A stretch of 64,000 nt of DNA from an uncultured Verrucomicrobiae bacterium (GTDB taxonomy: Bacteria; Verrucomicrobiota; Verrucomicrobiia; Chthoniobacterales; UBA10450): the NCBI GenBank assembly GCA_963834385.1, contig CAWIBO010000002.1, positions 224,001-288,000 of the forward strand. Direction: 5' to 3'. Positions 1-10,297 of this stretch are shown in pieces. The position numbers and the translations under genes were made by a program. Position 1 is the first letter of the stretch, and each line of letters begins with the position of its first letter. The notes under the pieces were generated by a model. That model saw only the letters and a list, made by a program, of their open reading frames with translations. It was not told the origin of the DNA and searched no databases.

Positions 1-89
1 CCTCCTGCTTTCGCCGGATGCGCCGCCGGGCGATCTCCCGGTCTGAGGAAGAAAACGGCGCGACCGGAGCGTTTGGTGTAATCTGGGCC

Positions 90-821
90 ATGGGCAGCGG
101 CACCATTCGTCTTTTTCGGTTTGCCGGCGTGGAAGTCTTTCTGCACTTCAGCTGGTTCCTCGTGGCGGCGTATTGGGTCACGGTCCTGAGCCGGCGCTAC
201 GAGCAGATCGGATGGGCCATTGCCGAGTATTGCGTCCTGTTTGTCGTGGTCCTGCTGCATGAGTTCGGACACGCCTTTGCCTGCCGGTCCACTGGCGGAC
301 GGGCCGATCGCATTGTCCTTTGGCCGCTGGGAGGCATCGCCTACGTCCAGCCCCCGCCACGGCCAGGCGCGATCCTTTGGAGCACGGCGGCCGGTCCGCT
401 CGTGAATGTTGCTCTTATCCCGGTGTTTGAGCTGCTCATTTTCCTTGCCTGGAACACCCAGTTGTTTCCCCTGTCGCAGGATGGGCTGACGTTTCTCACC
501 ACCCTGCGCCTGATCAACTTCGGTCTTCTGATTTTCAATCTCCTGCCGATCTATCCGCTCGACGGCGGGCAAATGCTGCGGGCACTGCTGTGGTTTCCCT
601 TCGGTCCGATCCGCAGTCTTCAGGTGGCCAGCGTGATCGGCTTCCTCGGCGCTTTCGCCATGGCCGGGCTGGCTTTCATGATGCGGTCCATCTGGTTCGG
701 CATCCTTGCCTTTTTTGTCCTGAGCCGGGCGATCGCCGGGTGGCAGCAGGCGCAGGCGCTGCAGCGGGACCGGGAGGCGGCAAATGAAATGCCGATCGAG
801 CCGATGCCGCCCCGGGCCTAG
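90..821 (+). CDS. Site-2 protease (peptidase family M50)
   Basis: HEFGH (HExxH) and NLLPIYPLDGG motifs, several TM segments. Start placed at ATG 90, 5 nt after a TAATCT -10-like hexamer. Confidence 0.9.
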   Translation: MGSGTIRLFRFAGVEVFLHFSWFLVAAYWVTVLSRRYEQIGWAIAEYCVLFVVVLLHEFGHAFACRSTGGRADRIVLWPLGGIAYVQPPPRPGAILWSTAAGPLVNVALIPVFELLIFLAWNTQLFPLSQDGLTFLTTLRLINFGLLIFNLLPIYPLDGGQMLRALLWFPFGPIRSLQVASVIGFLGAFAMAGLAFMMRSIWFGILAFFVLSRAIAGWQQAQALQRDREAANEMPIEPMPPRA

Positions 822-3488
822 GGCTTCGCGCGGGGTGGGGCGGACGGAGCGGGCACCTCGAGTTTCTTCACCTCATCCCGAAGCCGCGCGGTCAAGGCGG
901 AGCGAAACTTGATTTCGTCGACCGCTTTCTCCACCTCGGACCGACTTGCGGGAGGCAACTCATCCTTCGCATAGGCCTCGAGTTCCCTGATGCGCGATGG
1001 GTCGGCGAAGAAGTTAAAGAGGCCGGGTGCAAACCTGTTGGCGCCGAGCGCATCCGCCTTGGCCAGCAGCGCCTTCATGTTCTTCCGCGCAAATTCCCAC
1101 GCCAGGTCGGGATGACCGCCATAGCGCGCGACTTTCCCCACCAGGTAAAGGGCGCGGCTGGTGGGAAGCTCGTCGGTCAGGGCGAGGGCCAGGGTGCGCC
1201 GGGCCAGCTCCGGGTCGCGCGTGTAGGCGAGCGCATCGTAAAAATTGTTCTTCTGTTCAATGCTGGTGGTTTTCTGCCCCAGCTTGTGCAACCGCTCCCA
1301 GGTCTTCTCGTCGGCATGGGCGCCGACGACGTTGAAAACGGGCGACCTGAGATCGGGCGCGAGCGCCGCCGGCTCTTCGAGAAATTTCTGGAAGTGCTCC
1401 CGGCTTTTGCGAATGACTTCCTCGTCGCCCAGGGTGCCGAGGCCGGAGATAAGCGTCGCTCGCAGGGTCGTGCGCATGGGTGGTTCGCCCTTCTTCGCTT
1501 CCCAGCCCACCTCGGCAAGGCTCTCTCCAAGAACCATTCGCGCATACGCCAAAAACTGTTCGCGTTCCGGAGCATCGCGCAGGAGATAGTCGATAAAGGC
1601 AAAGGCGGCGACGATCTGGGCGCGCTCCGCAAGCTCGGTGGCGGTTCGGCAGGTGCGAAATGAGAGCCGCATAATCTGACAGGGACGCGCGACCCGCCTG
1701 GACCAGCGCCCAAGTGTCGGCCAGGAGATTGACCCGGTCGGCCACGCTCAGGCGGGACATTTCCTCCAGCAACGCCGCCCGGAGCGGTTCGTCGTAGGTC
1801 ACACGGTAATTCCCGGCTCCCTCCGCGTTGAACTTTATCGCGCCGGTCGGAGCCGGGAGAGTGAGGTCGCGTTCCCGCATGAGCGTTGATTTCGTCCCGG
1901 CGGAACCGGCGATCGTGTAGGTGAGGGGGATTGGCCAGGTCACCGGCCCAGGCTCGTCGCGACCGATGATAAATCGCTCCTGCCGCAGCGCGATCTCGTT
2001 CGCGTTCTTCCGCGTGACGCTCACCAGGGGAAACCCGGGTTGCTCCGTCCAGGCGGGGGCCACCTCCGTGATGGGCCGCCCGGACGCCTCCGAGAGCGCG
2101 GCCCAGAGATCGGCCGTGGTGGTGTTTGAATAGGCGTGTTCCTTCATGTAGGCGCGTATGCCCCTGCGAAAGATTTCCTCGCCGAGAAAGACCTCGAGCA
2201 TGCGGATGAGCGCCTGTCCCTTGTTGTAGGTGATCTCATCAAAAGCGCCGCTCGCTTCCGCCTCGGTCTCGATCTTCGTCTGGATGGGGTGGGTGGTGAC
2301 GCGAGCGTCCCCTTCCATGGCGCGCTCCCGGGAGATGCCCGGACGCCGGATTGGATCCCGCGGCACCTCGTTCCGGAGCCAGACTTCCCATTGCGGATTG
2401 AAATGCGCTGTCACCTTGCTGCCCATCCAGGAAGCGAATCCCTCGTTGAGCCAGAGGTTGTCCCACCAGGCCATGGTGACGAGGTTGCCAAACCATTGAT
2501 GGGCGATCTCGTGGGCCACCACGGCATAGACATCCTGTTTGGTCTTTTCCGAGGAATTGGCGGGATCGTAGAGCAGGACCGACTCGAAGTAGGTAATGGC
2601 GCCCCAGTTCTCCATCGCGCCGCTGAACCCGCCGGGCAGGGCGATCATGTCCAGCTTCGGCAGGGGGTAAGGCGTCCCGAAGTAGTCGTTGAAATATTCC
2701 AGGACCTGGCCTGCCGCGGCGAGAGCATGTTTTCCCCATTCCTCCCTGCCCTTGGTGGCGTAGACGCGAATTTTCACGCCGGCGACCTCTTTCTCCACGA
2801 AACGGAACTCGCCCGCGCAGAGGACATTCAGATAGCTGGGCATGGAGGGAGTCATGCCAAAGCGAAATTCGCGTTTGTTATCGGTGACCTTCTCCTCCTC
2901 CACGGGCATGTTCGAGATGGCGGTCCACGCGGCGGGAACCACGGCGGTGAGCTGGAAACGCGCCCGAAAAGCCGGCTCATCCCAACAGGGGAACATGCGG
3001 CGCGCGTCGGTCGCCTCGAACTGCGTGCCGAGGGCGACCTTCCTCGCGCCCGTGCCCTGCTCCTGGTAGGGCGCGTGGAAGAGGCCGTAACCGGCCTGGT
3101 TGATGCGACCGGTGTAATCGAGCCTGATGGTATGCGCGCCCGGCTTCAGTCCGCCTGCGACGGAAAGGGTGAGCAACTGCTCTTTCTCATCCAGTCGCAC
3201 GGCCGCCGCCGGCAATTCGCGATCGTCCACCACGGCCCGGGTAATGCGGAGATCAGCCGCGTTTAAAATAATCTCGGACGAAGCTTTTTCGACCTCGACC
3301 CGGATCAGGACAGACCCGGCAAAGGTGCGCGCTTCGACATCGGGCACGACGCGGATGGCATATTCGCGCGGGAGAATGTGCTTCGGCAGTTTGCCCGGCG
3401 TGTCCGCGAAGGAAAACGGCTTCTCACCCAAGGCCGGGGGGATTATGCCAGCGAGAAGAACCACAAGAAGCAACCACCGCCCGGCCAT
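818..3488 (-). CDS. pepN: M1 family aminopeptidase with signal peptide and ERAP1-like C-terminal domain; one frameshift near 1645
   Basis: GAMEN and HEIAH...NEGFA motifs in ORF 1257..3590; the C-terminal helical domain continues in ORF 818..1672; hydrophobic leader MAGRWLLLVVLLAG. Confidence 0.88.
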
Positions 3489-3537
3489 TTCCTTCTTTAA
3501 CTCGCCCGGGCCCCTCTGCACGCGATTTCGCGCATGC

Positions 3538-3981
3538 CTATTTAAGGACCAGCGCCACCACGAGGTGGCCATCGCCGATCTGCGGGCCACGAATCAGAAG
3601 GGGGTTGCCCGCGCTCAATCTGGCCTCGGTTTCGAGCAGGAGCTTGTCCTGCTGCAGAAAGCGGAGGCCAAGCAGATAGCCGGTGGGCGTGCTTTCGCGC
3701 GTGCGCACCTCGACCGTGAAATATTTAGTGTTGGCGCTCCAGGTCTCCTCTTTCGAGGAAAGGATCTGGGTATTCATTCCCAGGAGGGTGAACTGATTGT
3801 AACCGAAGGTGGACTTGAGCGTCTCCTCGAGAGGGCGCAGCTCCGGCGGCACGGGCGTGGGGCTGGCCGTGTTGCTGGCCATCATGATCCCGCTCCAGAC
3901 CGTGTCGGCCCGCACCGGACTGGCGCTGAGCGATACCAAACCCGCCAGGGTGCCGAGGAGAAGCAGCCAGCGAGTTTTCAT
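3538..3981 (-). CDS. Hypothetical exported protein downstream of the anti-sigma gene
   Basis: 147-aa ORF with signal peptide (MKTRWLLLLGTLAGLVSLSASPVRA), 3 bp from the anti-sigma gene. Confidence 0.75.
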   Translation of the reverse strand: MKTRWLLLLGTLAGLVSLSASPVRADTVWSGIMMASNTASPTPVPPELRPLEETLKSTFGYNQFTLLGMNTQILSSKEETWSANTKYFTVEVRTRESTPTGYLLGLRFLQQDKLLLETEARLSAGNPLLIRGPQIGDGHLVVALVLK

Positions 3982-3984
3982 CCG

Positions 3985-4497
3985 TTACCGGGCGGCGTAC
4001 TCCGACGGGAGCGACTCGAGGCCTTCCACCCAAAGCACCGTCGCCTTCTCATCTTTGGCCTGGAAAATCGTCACCGTGGCGTCGGGGTTGGTGTCGTGGT
4101 CGACCCGGGCGCTCAGGATCTGCGAAAGATAGCCTGATTGATCCGCGGCCGGTTGCTCACGGAAGAGAAACAGGGAAGTGAGCGTGAGGGCGGCGGCAAC
4201 GGCTGCGCCCGTCCAGGCCACCCGGCCAAAAGACCACCAGCCGGCGAAGGTGCGGGCAGGCTTGGCGGATGGGGCGGCGGCCGCGATGCGGTTGTGGACC
4301 TGATGACTGAAGAAATCGGCGTTCTGCATCGGCGCCGCTGCGAGATGTTCCCGGAGGAGACCCCCGAGCTGCCGGGCCTGCTGCCGTTCCGCCTCGGCGG
4401 CGGCGCGATCGGGCAGCGCGGCTTCAAAGGCGGCCAGTTCGGGTTCCTTGAGCTCGCCATCGAGCCAGGCGGTCCATTTTTCTTCAAACGTTTTCAT
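3985..4497 (-). CDS. Transmembrane anti-sigma factor
   Basis: N-terminal AWLDGEL anti-sigma-like helix, single TM segment, overlaps the 3' end of the ECF sigma gene. Confidence 0.75.
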   Translation of the reverse strand: MKTFEEKWTAWLDGELKEPELAAFEAALPDRAAAEAERQQARQLGGLLREHLAAAPMQNADFFSHQVHNRIAAAAPSAKPARTFAGWWSFGRVAWTGAAVAAALTLTSLFLFREQPAADQSGYLSQILSARVDHDTNPDATVTIFQAKDEKATVLWVEGLESLPSEYAAR

Positions 4498-5128
4498 AAA
4501 CATCCCTCAGCAAATTCTGCAGTTTTTTGCGGGCATAAAAGAGCCGCGACATCACGGTGCCGATCGAACATTCGAGCGTCTCCGCGATCTCGTGATACTG
4601 CATGCCCTCGGTTTCCTTCATCAGGATGACCGCGCGATGTTCCGGTGAAAGCTGCGCGATGGCCTGGTCGATCCGGCTCCGAATCTCAGCGTGCTGCATC
4701 CGCTGGTGCGGCAACGCCTCGGCCTTCGGCATGGTGTGCGAGCCGGGCTCGACGTCTCCCAGGGCAATCGCGTCGTCAAACTCCGCGCCGGTGCCCTTGA
4801 CCTGTTTTTTGCGCAGCCAGTCGATCGTGACGTTCATCACGATCCGATAAATCCAGGTATAAAACGAGGAGCGGCCCCGGAATCGACCAATCGATTTCCA
4901 GGCCTTGACGAAGGAGTCCTGGGCGAGGTCCCAGGCGTCCTGCTCGTTGTGCACCATGTTATAGATCATACCGTAAACTCGCGAACGATAGCGGCTTACC
5001 AGTCGATCGAAGGCTTCCGTCTCCCCGGCCTGACATTTTGCGATCAGGTCCAGTTCCGACACCTCGACCTCGGGGGAAGTCGTTTCCGTATGCATGAGAT
5101 TGGACGGGGGAGCGGTTATTTCATTCAA
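4484..5128 (-). CDS. ECF RNA polymerase sigma factor (RpoE/SigW-like)
   Basis: Region 2 (DAWDLAQDSFVKAW...FYTWIYRI) and region 4 (EGMQYHEIAETLECSIGTVMSRLFYAR). Confidence 0.93.
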   Translation of the reverse strand: MNEITAPPSNLMHTETTSPEVEVSELDLIAKCQAGETEAFDRLVSRYRSRVYGMIYNMVHNEQDAWDLAQDSFVKAWKSIGRFRGRSSFYTWIYRIVMNVTIDWLRKKQVKGTGAEFDDAIALGDVEPGSHTMPKAEALPHQRMQHAEIRSRIDQAIAQLSPEHRAVILMKETEGMQYHEIAETLECSIGTVMSRLFYARKKLQNLLRDVYENV

Positions 5129-5138
5129 ACAGCCTTAC

Positions 5139-5789
5139 TTATAGGCTGCCAAACCGTCTCCGCCACTCCAGGCGGTATTCGCCCATCAGGCTGATAATCC
5201 CGTCGCGGACCTCGAAGAGGCGCTGGGCCAGGGCGCCATGGGCCCCCTCGCTGATCAAATCCAGGGCGAGAAGCTCGGAGCCCGCTTCCATCGCCACGGT
5301 GATGGCCTTGAGGGCGCGCTTGAGGTAGGCGATGGTCATGCCGATCTCATCCAGGTCGTCATCGCTCAGGGCGGCGGCGAGCTTGGCGCTGGCCAAAGCG
5401 GAATGGGTCGCCAGCTTGACCGCGGCGGGCTCGTTCTGAAAAACGGGGTGCTCCTCGAACAGTTGGTCAATCCAGACAGTGAGAGCAAACGCGGCCCGGT
5501 AAAGCGAGTGTTCCTCGAAGCTGTCAAAGGGATCGTTCTCTTCCGAACGGGCCTCGGCTTTTTCCTCCTCGGAACCAAAAACGCCTTCCTCTTCCTCCTG
5601 CCAGGATTTGTCCTCGGAAAGCTGGGACCATCCCATCTCGCGCGCGATGATCTGGTCGCGTTGGGGATCGTCCAGATACTTCTCCAGCAGCTCCATGTAC
5701 TTCTCTGTCTTGCTGTCCTGCTGCCGGAGAAAGCGCTCCCAGTCATGCTCGTCCCACGCGCGCTCGGATTCGGGATCGTAGCCGCCCAT
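5139..5789 (-). CDS. Hypothetical acidic helical protein
   Basis: 216-aa ORF with normal composition, co-oriented between rlmN and the ECF sigma gene. Confidence 0.7.
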   Translation of the reverse strand: MGGYDPESERAWDEHDWERFLRQQDSKTEKYMELLEKYLDDPQRDQIIAREMGWSQLSEDKSWQEEEEGVFGSEEEKAEARSEENDPFDSFEEHSLYRAAFALTVWIDQLFEEHPVFQNEPAAVKLATHSALASAKLAAALSDDDLDEIGMTIAYLKRALKAITVAMEAGSELLALDLISEGAHGALAQRLFEVRDGIISLMGEYRLEWRRRFGSL

Positions 5790-5855
5790 AAAACTCTATC
5801 GGCCAGCTTTCCCGGGGGCGCAAAAAAACTTTTGCTGTGGGAAACCGTCTCTTTT

Positions 5856-6944
5856 TTACGCGGGCGGCGCGGCGGTCTCCGCTTCCTCGGCGCGCTTGGT
5901 CTGCAGCCGCAGCTGGCCGCAGGCCGCCTCGATGTCGTGCCCTTTCTCCCGCCGGAGGGTCGCAACGGCGCCTTCCGCCTTGGTCAGGGCGAGAAACCGT
6001 TCCTGCCGGGCGCGGGAGGGGCGCGACCATTCCAGTCCTTCCACGCTGTTGTAGGGAATCAGGTTGACCTTGGCCTTCAGACCACGCGCGAGCCGTCCGA
6101 GGAGCGTGGCCTGCTCGTCGCTGTCGTTGATTCCCTCGATCAGGATGAATTCAAAGGTGAGCCGCTGCTTTTTTCGGCTCGTGTAATGGGCGCACGCCTC
6201 CAGCAGCGTGGCCAGGTTGTATTTTCGGTTCACCGGCATGATGCGATTGCGCACCTCGTCGGTGGCGCCGTGGAGGGAGATGGCCAGCCTGATCTGGAGC
6301 GGTTGGTCGGCCAGAAGGCGTATCTGCGGGGCAAGCCCGCTGGTGGAAACGGTAATATGCCGCGCACCGACCTCGAGACCCCAGGGGCTGTTGATTATCT
6401 GCAGCGCAGTCATGAGATGCGCAAAGTTGGCCAGCGGCTCGCCCATGCCCATGAAAACAATGTTATCGATCCGGTCGCCGCTGGCCCGTTCCACCTCGAT
6501 GAACTGGTCGACGATCTCGCCCGGGGTCAGGTTGCGCGAAAATCCGTCAAGCCCGCTGGCGCAAAATCGACAGCCATAGGCGCACCCGACCTGGGTGGAA
6601 ATGCAGATCGTCCGGCGATCGGAACGTTCTCCATAAAGCGCCGGCGAGGCGGGGATCAGGACCGACTCGATCAGGCTGCCGTCTCCGAGCCGGAAGAGAT
6701 ATTTGCGCGTGGTGTCGGCGGACCCGAGGACGCGGACCATCTCGGGTGGGGCAAGGGAAAAGCGGGCCGCGATCTGCTCGCGCAGATCGCGCGGCAGGTC
6801 GGTCATCTCCTCGAAAGAGCGAACGCGCTTCCGATACAGCCAGTCAGCCAGTTGCCGCGCCCGGTAGTCCGGCTGCCCGAGTTCCCGCATCAGGAGGGAG
6901 ATCGCCTCCAGCGGAAGCGACTTGATCGAGGGGACAGCCGTCAT
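5856..6944 (-). CDS. rlmN: 23S rRNA (A2503-C2)/tRNA methyltransferase RlmN
   Basis: CISTQVGCAYGCRFC radical SAM motif, MGMGEP, C-terminal AACGQL. Confidence 0.96.
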   Translation of the reverse strand: MTAVPSIKSLPLEAISLLMRELGQPDYRARQLADWLYRKRVRSFEEMTDLPRDLREQIAARFSLAPPEMVRVLGSADTTRKYLFRLGDGSLIESVLIPASPALYGERSDRRTICISTQVGCAYGCRFCASGLDGFSRNLTPGEIVDQFIEVERASGDRIDNIVFMGMGEPLANFAHLMTALQIINSPWGLEVGARHITVSTSGLAPQIRLLADQPLQIRLAISLHGATDEVRNRIMPVNRKYNLATLLEACAHYTSRKKQRLTFEFILIEGINDSDEQATLLGRLARGLKAKVNLIPYNSVEGLEWSRPSRARQERFLALTKAEGAVATLRREKGHDIEAACGQLRLQTKRAEEAETAAPPA

Positions 6945-7034
6945 CCTGGAAATGTAGGTGGGCGACGCCTTCTGTCATGCCGGCAGGCGGCGGGGGCATG
7001 ACAAGCGACCGAAGCCGCGGCACCTTCGGCCCGG

Positions 7035-7791
7035 ATGAGGCAGGAAAAACGCGTGCAACCCTGGCGAATTGGCTGGGAAGCCGCGCGGGCCAATGTCATC
7101 CCCGCCCTGTGCCTCCAGGCCGTCATGCTCGGGCCTGCTTCTCGGTTTCTATTTTCATCCTCCCACGGCGGATTGGCTCGGGAAACTGGCGGGGTTGCGC
7201 GAGCGTTACGGCCTGTTTTTCATCGTGGGGGCTTCCATCATGGCGGGGGCGCTGCTCCCGGAACTGTTTGTGGTCCTCGTCTTCCAGGGTGGGAAAATCA
7301 GGCTGGCCAACCTGAAGAACCTGGCCTTCAACGCGCCTTTCTGGGCGATCGACGGCATCCTGGTCGATCTGATGTATCGCGGGCTCGGGCATCTGCTCGG
7401 CACCGCGGTCACCGTCCCGGTGGTGCTGGGCAAGATCGTCCTCGACCAGTTCGGCTACAATCCGTTCTTCGCCGCGCCTTACGGCATCTGGGGATACGCC
7501 TGGAAACATGGCGGTTATTCCTGGAAAAAGCTGCGCCCGCTGGTGACATGGACCTACTACCGTGAGCATGCCGTGCCTGTCCTGATCGCAACGTGGGCGG
7601 TCTGGATCCCACTCGTGGCGATCATCTATTCGCTGCCGCTTGCCTTGCAGTTTCCGCTGTTTGCGTTAGCTCTGGCCTTCTGGGTTTTGATGATGACTTA
7701 CATGACCAATCGATTTGCCGAGACACACCGGGTGGAGGAGGAGCCGCCGCCGGTGGCGGTTGTCCCGCCCCTGACCACGACCGCGGAATGA
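7035..7791 (+). CDS. Mpv17/PMP22-like membrane protein; frameshift near 7130
   Basis: N-terminus (MRQEKRVQPWRIGWEAARAN...) in ORF 7035 joins the TM-rich ORF 7069..7791 containing GKIVLDQF and WAVWIP motifs. Confidence 0.65.
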
Positions 7792-8321
7792 AAGCGCACC
7801 GGATTTTCGAGCAGATGTCGCCGACCCTGGCGGCGCGCATCCTCGCCTGGTTGCAGGCGGAGGAGAAGGCCATCTACAAGGCGGCCGTGCAGGGGCTGGC
7901 CAACCAGCGCAAGCTTCGCCCCGTTTTTATTGAACGGAAGCCGCCTGCGGAGCGCCATCCCTGGATGCAGGCGGCCTTGAGCCGGCCGGTCAGCGATGCC
8001 CTTGCCGGTCACGTGGTGCAGGCCTGGCTGCTGGGGCCGCAAAAACAAATGCTGCGCGATTTTCTGGGCGCCCTTGGGATCGAGCACGCGGAGGACGGGA
8101 CGGTCGAGGAGCTGCCGCCGTCGCCGCCGAAGGAGAAGATTGCGGAGGCCGTGGGGCAGCTCCTGGCGAAGCATCCTGCCGAGGAAGTGGCGGTTTACCT
8201 CCACGCCTTCCAGGGGATGGACAGCGCGGTGAACTGGGCGGCGCTCGAAGAAATTCTCGCGGAGAAGAGCGAGCTGCGGCTCGGCGGACCGCGCCCTCAG
8301 GCGGTCGACGTCACTTCGTAA
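7788..8321 (+). CDS. Hypothetical protein
   Basis: ATG overlaps the upstream stop (ATGA); protein-like sequence MKAHRIFEQMSP...VAVYLHAF. Confidence 0.75.
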   Translation: MKAHRIFEQMSPTLAARILAWLQAEEKAIYKAAVQGLANQRKLRPVFIERKPPAERHPWMQAALSRPVSDALAGHVVQAWLLGPQKQMLRDFLGALGIEHAEDGTVEELPPSPPKEKIAEAVGQLLAKHPAEEVAVYLHAFQGMDSAVNWAALEEILAEKSELRLGGPRPQAVDVTS

Positions 8322-9087
8322 AGAAGCGCAGGGCGTCATGCACGCCCGCCCCGGCGATGTGCCGGGAGACAAAGCCGCCCGCTTCTCGCACCACTTCCTT
8401 CACCTCGGGAATGGCGTTGGCGGGGCAGGCCGGAAGAGCGGCGTGTCGCCCATCAAGCATGGAAAGATCGTTATGGTGATCGCCGGCCGCGAAAATCTGG
8501 TCCCGCGGCACCTCGAGCAAACGGGCCAGCTCGGCCAGCGCGGCGCCTTTGTGGTAATCCGCGTGGCAAAAACGGAGGTAAACCGTGTTGCGCTGGTAAT
8601 GAAACTTGGGCTGCCGCGCCCGGGCGCGATCAATGAACTCCACGATGCGCGTCATTTCCTCTTCGTCCGTCGCAATCAGGCCTTCCAATCCGTGCGCTTG
8701 ATGAATCAAACGCGCCCGCGTTTTCTGCGTGACGAATGTGACCACCTCCGTGAGGACCGACTCGGCCGATTGGAACAAGTCGGCGTGATCACGGGCGCAG
8801 CGCTCATTCCAATCCCCAAACGGTTCCCAGCGGGTGCCGTTGGTGCCGGGCCGGAAGACATCGCGTTCGCTGGTGAGGATAAAATCGGGCCGGAAGGGAA
8901 AAGCGAAGTCGAGCAGGCCGGATTCGAGCAGTTCGACGGAGCGACCCGTGTTGATGGCCCAGACGGCGCCCTCCTGCTGCAGCTCGCGGATCAGCTCCAT
9001 GCAACCGGCATGGAAGACCGGCTCCGTGTCGTGCGCCACGAGCGTTCCGTCAAAATCGGTACTGAGAAGTCGAAGGGGGGCGGGCAT
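8311..9087 (-). CDS. HAD-superfamily hydrolase (subfamily IIB)
   Basis: DFDGT motif I, INTGR motif II, K...GDHHNDLSM motif IV. Confidence 0.9.
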   Translation of the reverse strand: MPAPLRLLSTDFDGTLVAHDTEPVFHAGCMELIRELQQEGAVWAINTGRSVELLESGLLDFAFPFRPDFILTSERDVFRPGTNGTRWEPFGDWNERCARDHADLFQSAESVLTEVVTFVTQKTRARLIHQAHGLEGLIATDEEEMTRIVEFIDRARARQPKFHYQRNTVYLRFCHADYHKGAALAELARLLEVPRDQIFAAGDHHNDLSMLDGRHAALPACPANAIPEVKEVVREAGGFVSRHIAGAGVHDALRFFTK

Positions 9088-9149
9088 GCGAACGGGCAAT
9101 CTAGAGCCTCTCGTGCCGGAGGCAAAGGCAGGCCCGGCAGACGGACGCG

Positions 9150-10043
9150 CTAGCGGGAGCCGGCGGGTGGCTCTGCCTCGTCCACCAGGAGCCGCGGCGC
9201 CCGGCGCCGGGCCAGGTTATCGGAAAGAAGCGCAGTGCAATCCTTGACCCCGACCGGGCTTCCCTGGAGCGAGCCGTTTGACTCCTTCAAGGCGCGCATG
9301 GCGTTTTCCATGGCCGCCTGCACCGGGAACAGGCAAGGGGTGCTGTAGATGACCAGCTTCACCCCCGCGCCCTGCAGGTCGGAAAGATCACAGGGCGGTG
9401 ATTTGCCGCCGGCGATCTGGTTGAAACCAAAGGGCTGCGAGATGCGGGCGCTGAGCTGGCGGACGGTCTCAAGGCTGCGCAAGCCGTCCACCAGGACAGC
9501 GTCGGCCCCGGCCTCGCTGAAGGCGAGGACGCGCTGTTCAATGTCGGCGGGATCGGAACTGTCCGTGCGGGCCACCACGAAGAGGTCTTTCCGGGTGGCA
9601 AGGACCTGGCGCAACTTGGCCAGGTATTCATCGAGTTCCATGATCTGTTTTCCCTCGAAATGGCCGCAGCGGCGGGGGCGTTTCTGGTCTTCCAGGACCA
9701 CCCCGGAGGCGCCGGAAGCCTCGAGCAGGGAAACAACATGGCAGGCGGTCTCGGGATCAACGTAGCCGTCGTCGATATCGACCAGGAGATGATGGGCGGG
9801 CAGGACGGCGCGGACCCGCTGAACATAAGCCACGATATCCGACCAGGTGATAAAGCCGATGTCGGGCAGACCGTAGAAGCTGGCCGCGAAACCGAAGCCG
9901 CTGAGGAAAAGGGCATCATAATGCCGGCCGGCCAGGCCGGCGGAGAAGACATCGTAAACCCCGATGAAGGGCTTGATTTCGGCCTGGCGCACGGCCTGGC
10001 GCATCCGTTCGCCGGGGGAAAGGGCCTGAGAGGGTGCCGTCAT
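9150..10043 (-). CDS. Isocitrate lyase/PEP mutase superfamily enzyme (lyase branch)
   Basis: FLSGFG, GLPDIG, VDIDDGY, LEDQKRPRRCGH and ARTD motifs. Confidence 0.9.
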   Translation of the reverse strand: MTAPSQALSPGERMRQAVRQAEIKPFIGVYDVFSAGLAGRHYDALFLSGFGFAASFYGLPDIGFITWSDIVAYVQRVRAVLPAHHLLVDIDDGYVDPETACHVVSLLEASGASGVVLEDQKRPRRCGHFEGKQIMELDEYLAKLRQVLATRKDLFVVARTDSSDPADIEQRVLAFSEAGADAVLVDGLRSLETVRQLSARISQPFGFNQIAGGKSPPCDLSDLQGAGVKLVIYSTPCLFPVQAAMENAMRALKESNGSLQGSPVGVKDCTALLSDNLARRRAPRLLVDEAEPPAGSR

Positions 10044-10297
10044 GACTTTTGTTGTTCGATGAAATCGAGGATGTGTCCGATCGACGCGAGTTGCTCGGGA
10101 TCGACGCCCGTGATCGAGAAATCGACCCCGTGCGCGGTTTCGAGATAGCTGACGATCTGCAAAATAGCCAGCGAATCGATCAGGCCCGAGGCCACGAGGC
10201 GGTCGTCGTCGCCGAGCGATTCAATGGGCGCACCGGCCTTCTGGATCCCGCGCAGAAAGGCGAGGAGATGCGTTCGGTCCTGCTCGCGTGTGCTCAT
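10040..10297 (-). CDS. Acyl/aminoacyl carrier protein (DltC-like)
   Basis: 85-aa ORF with LVASGLIDSLAILQIVSYLE phosphopantetheine-Ser motif; 4-bp overlaps with both neighbours. Confidence 0.88.
   Translation of the reverse strand: MSTREQDRTHLLAFLRGIQKAGAPIESLGDDDRLVASGLIDSLAILQIVSYLETAHGVDFSITGVDPEQLASIGHILDFIEQQKS

Noticed and set aside
9150..10043. PEP mutase / phosphonate biosynthesis cluster
   Set aside because: Lacks the EDKxxxxxNS PEP-mutase signature (has EDQ...RRCGH), and no phosphonopyruvate decarboxylase is nearby. A carboxy-PEP mutase-like activity cannot be fully excluded.
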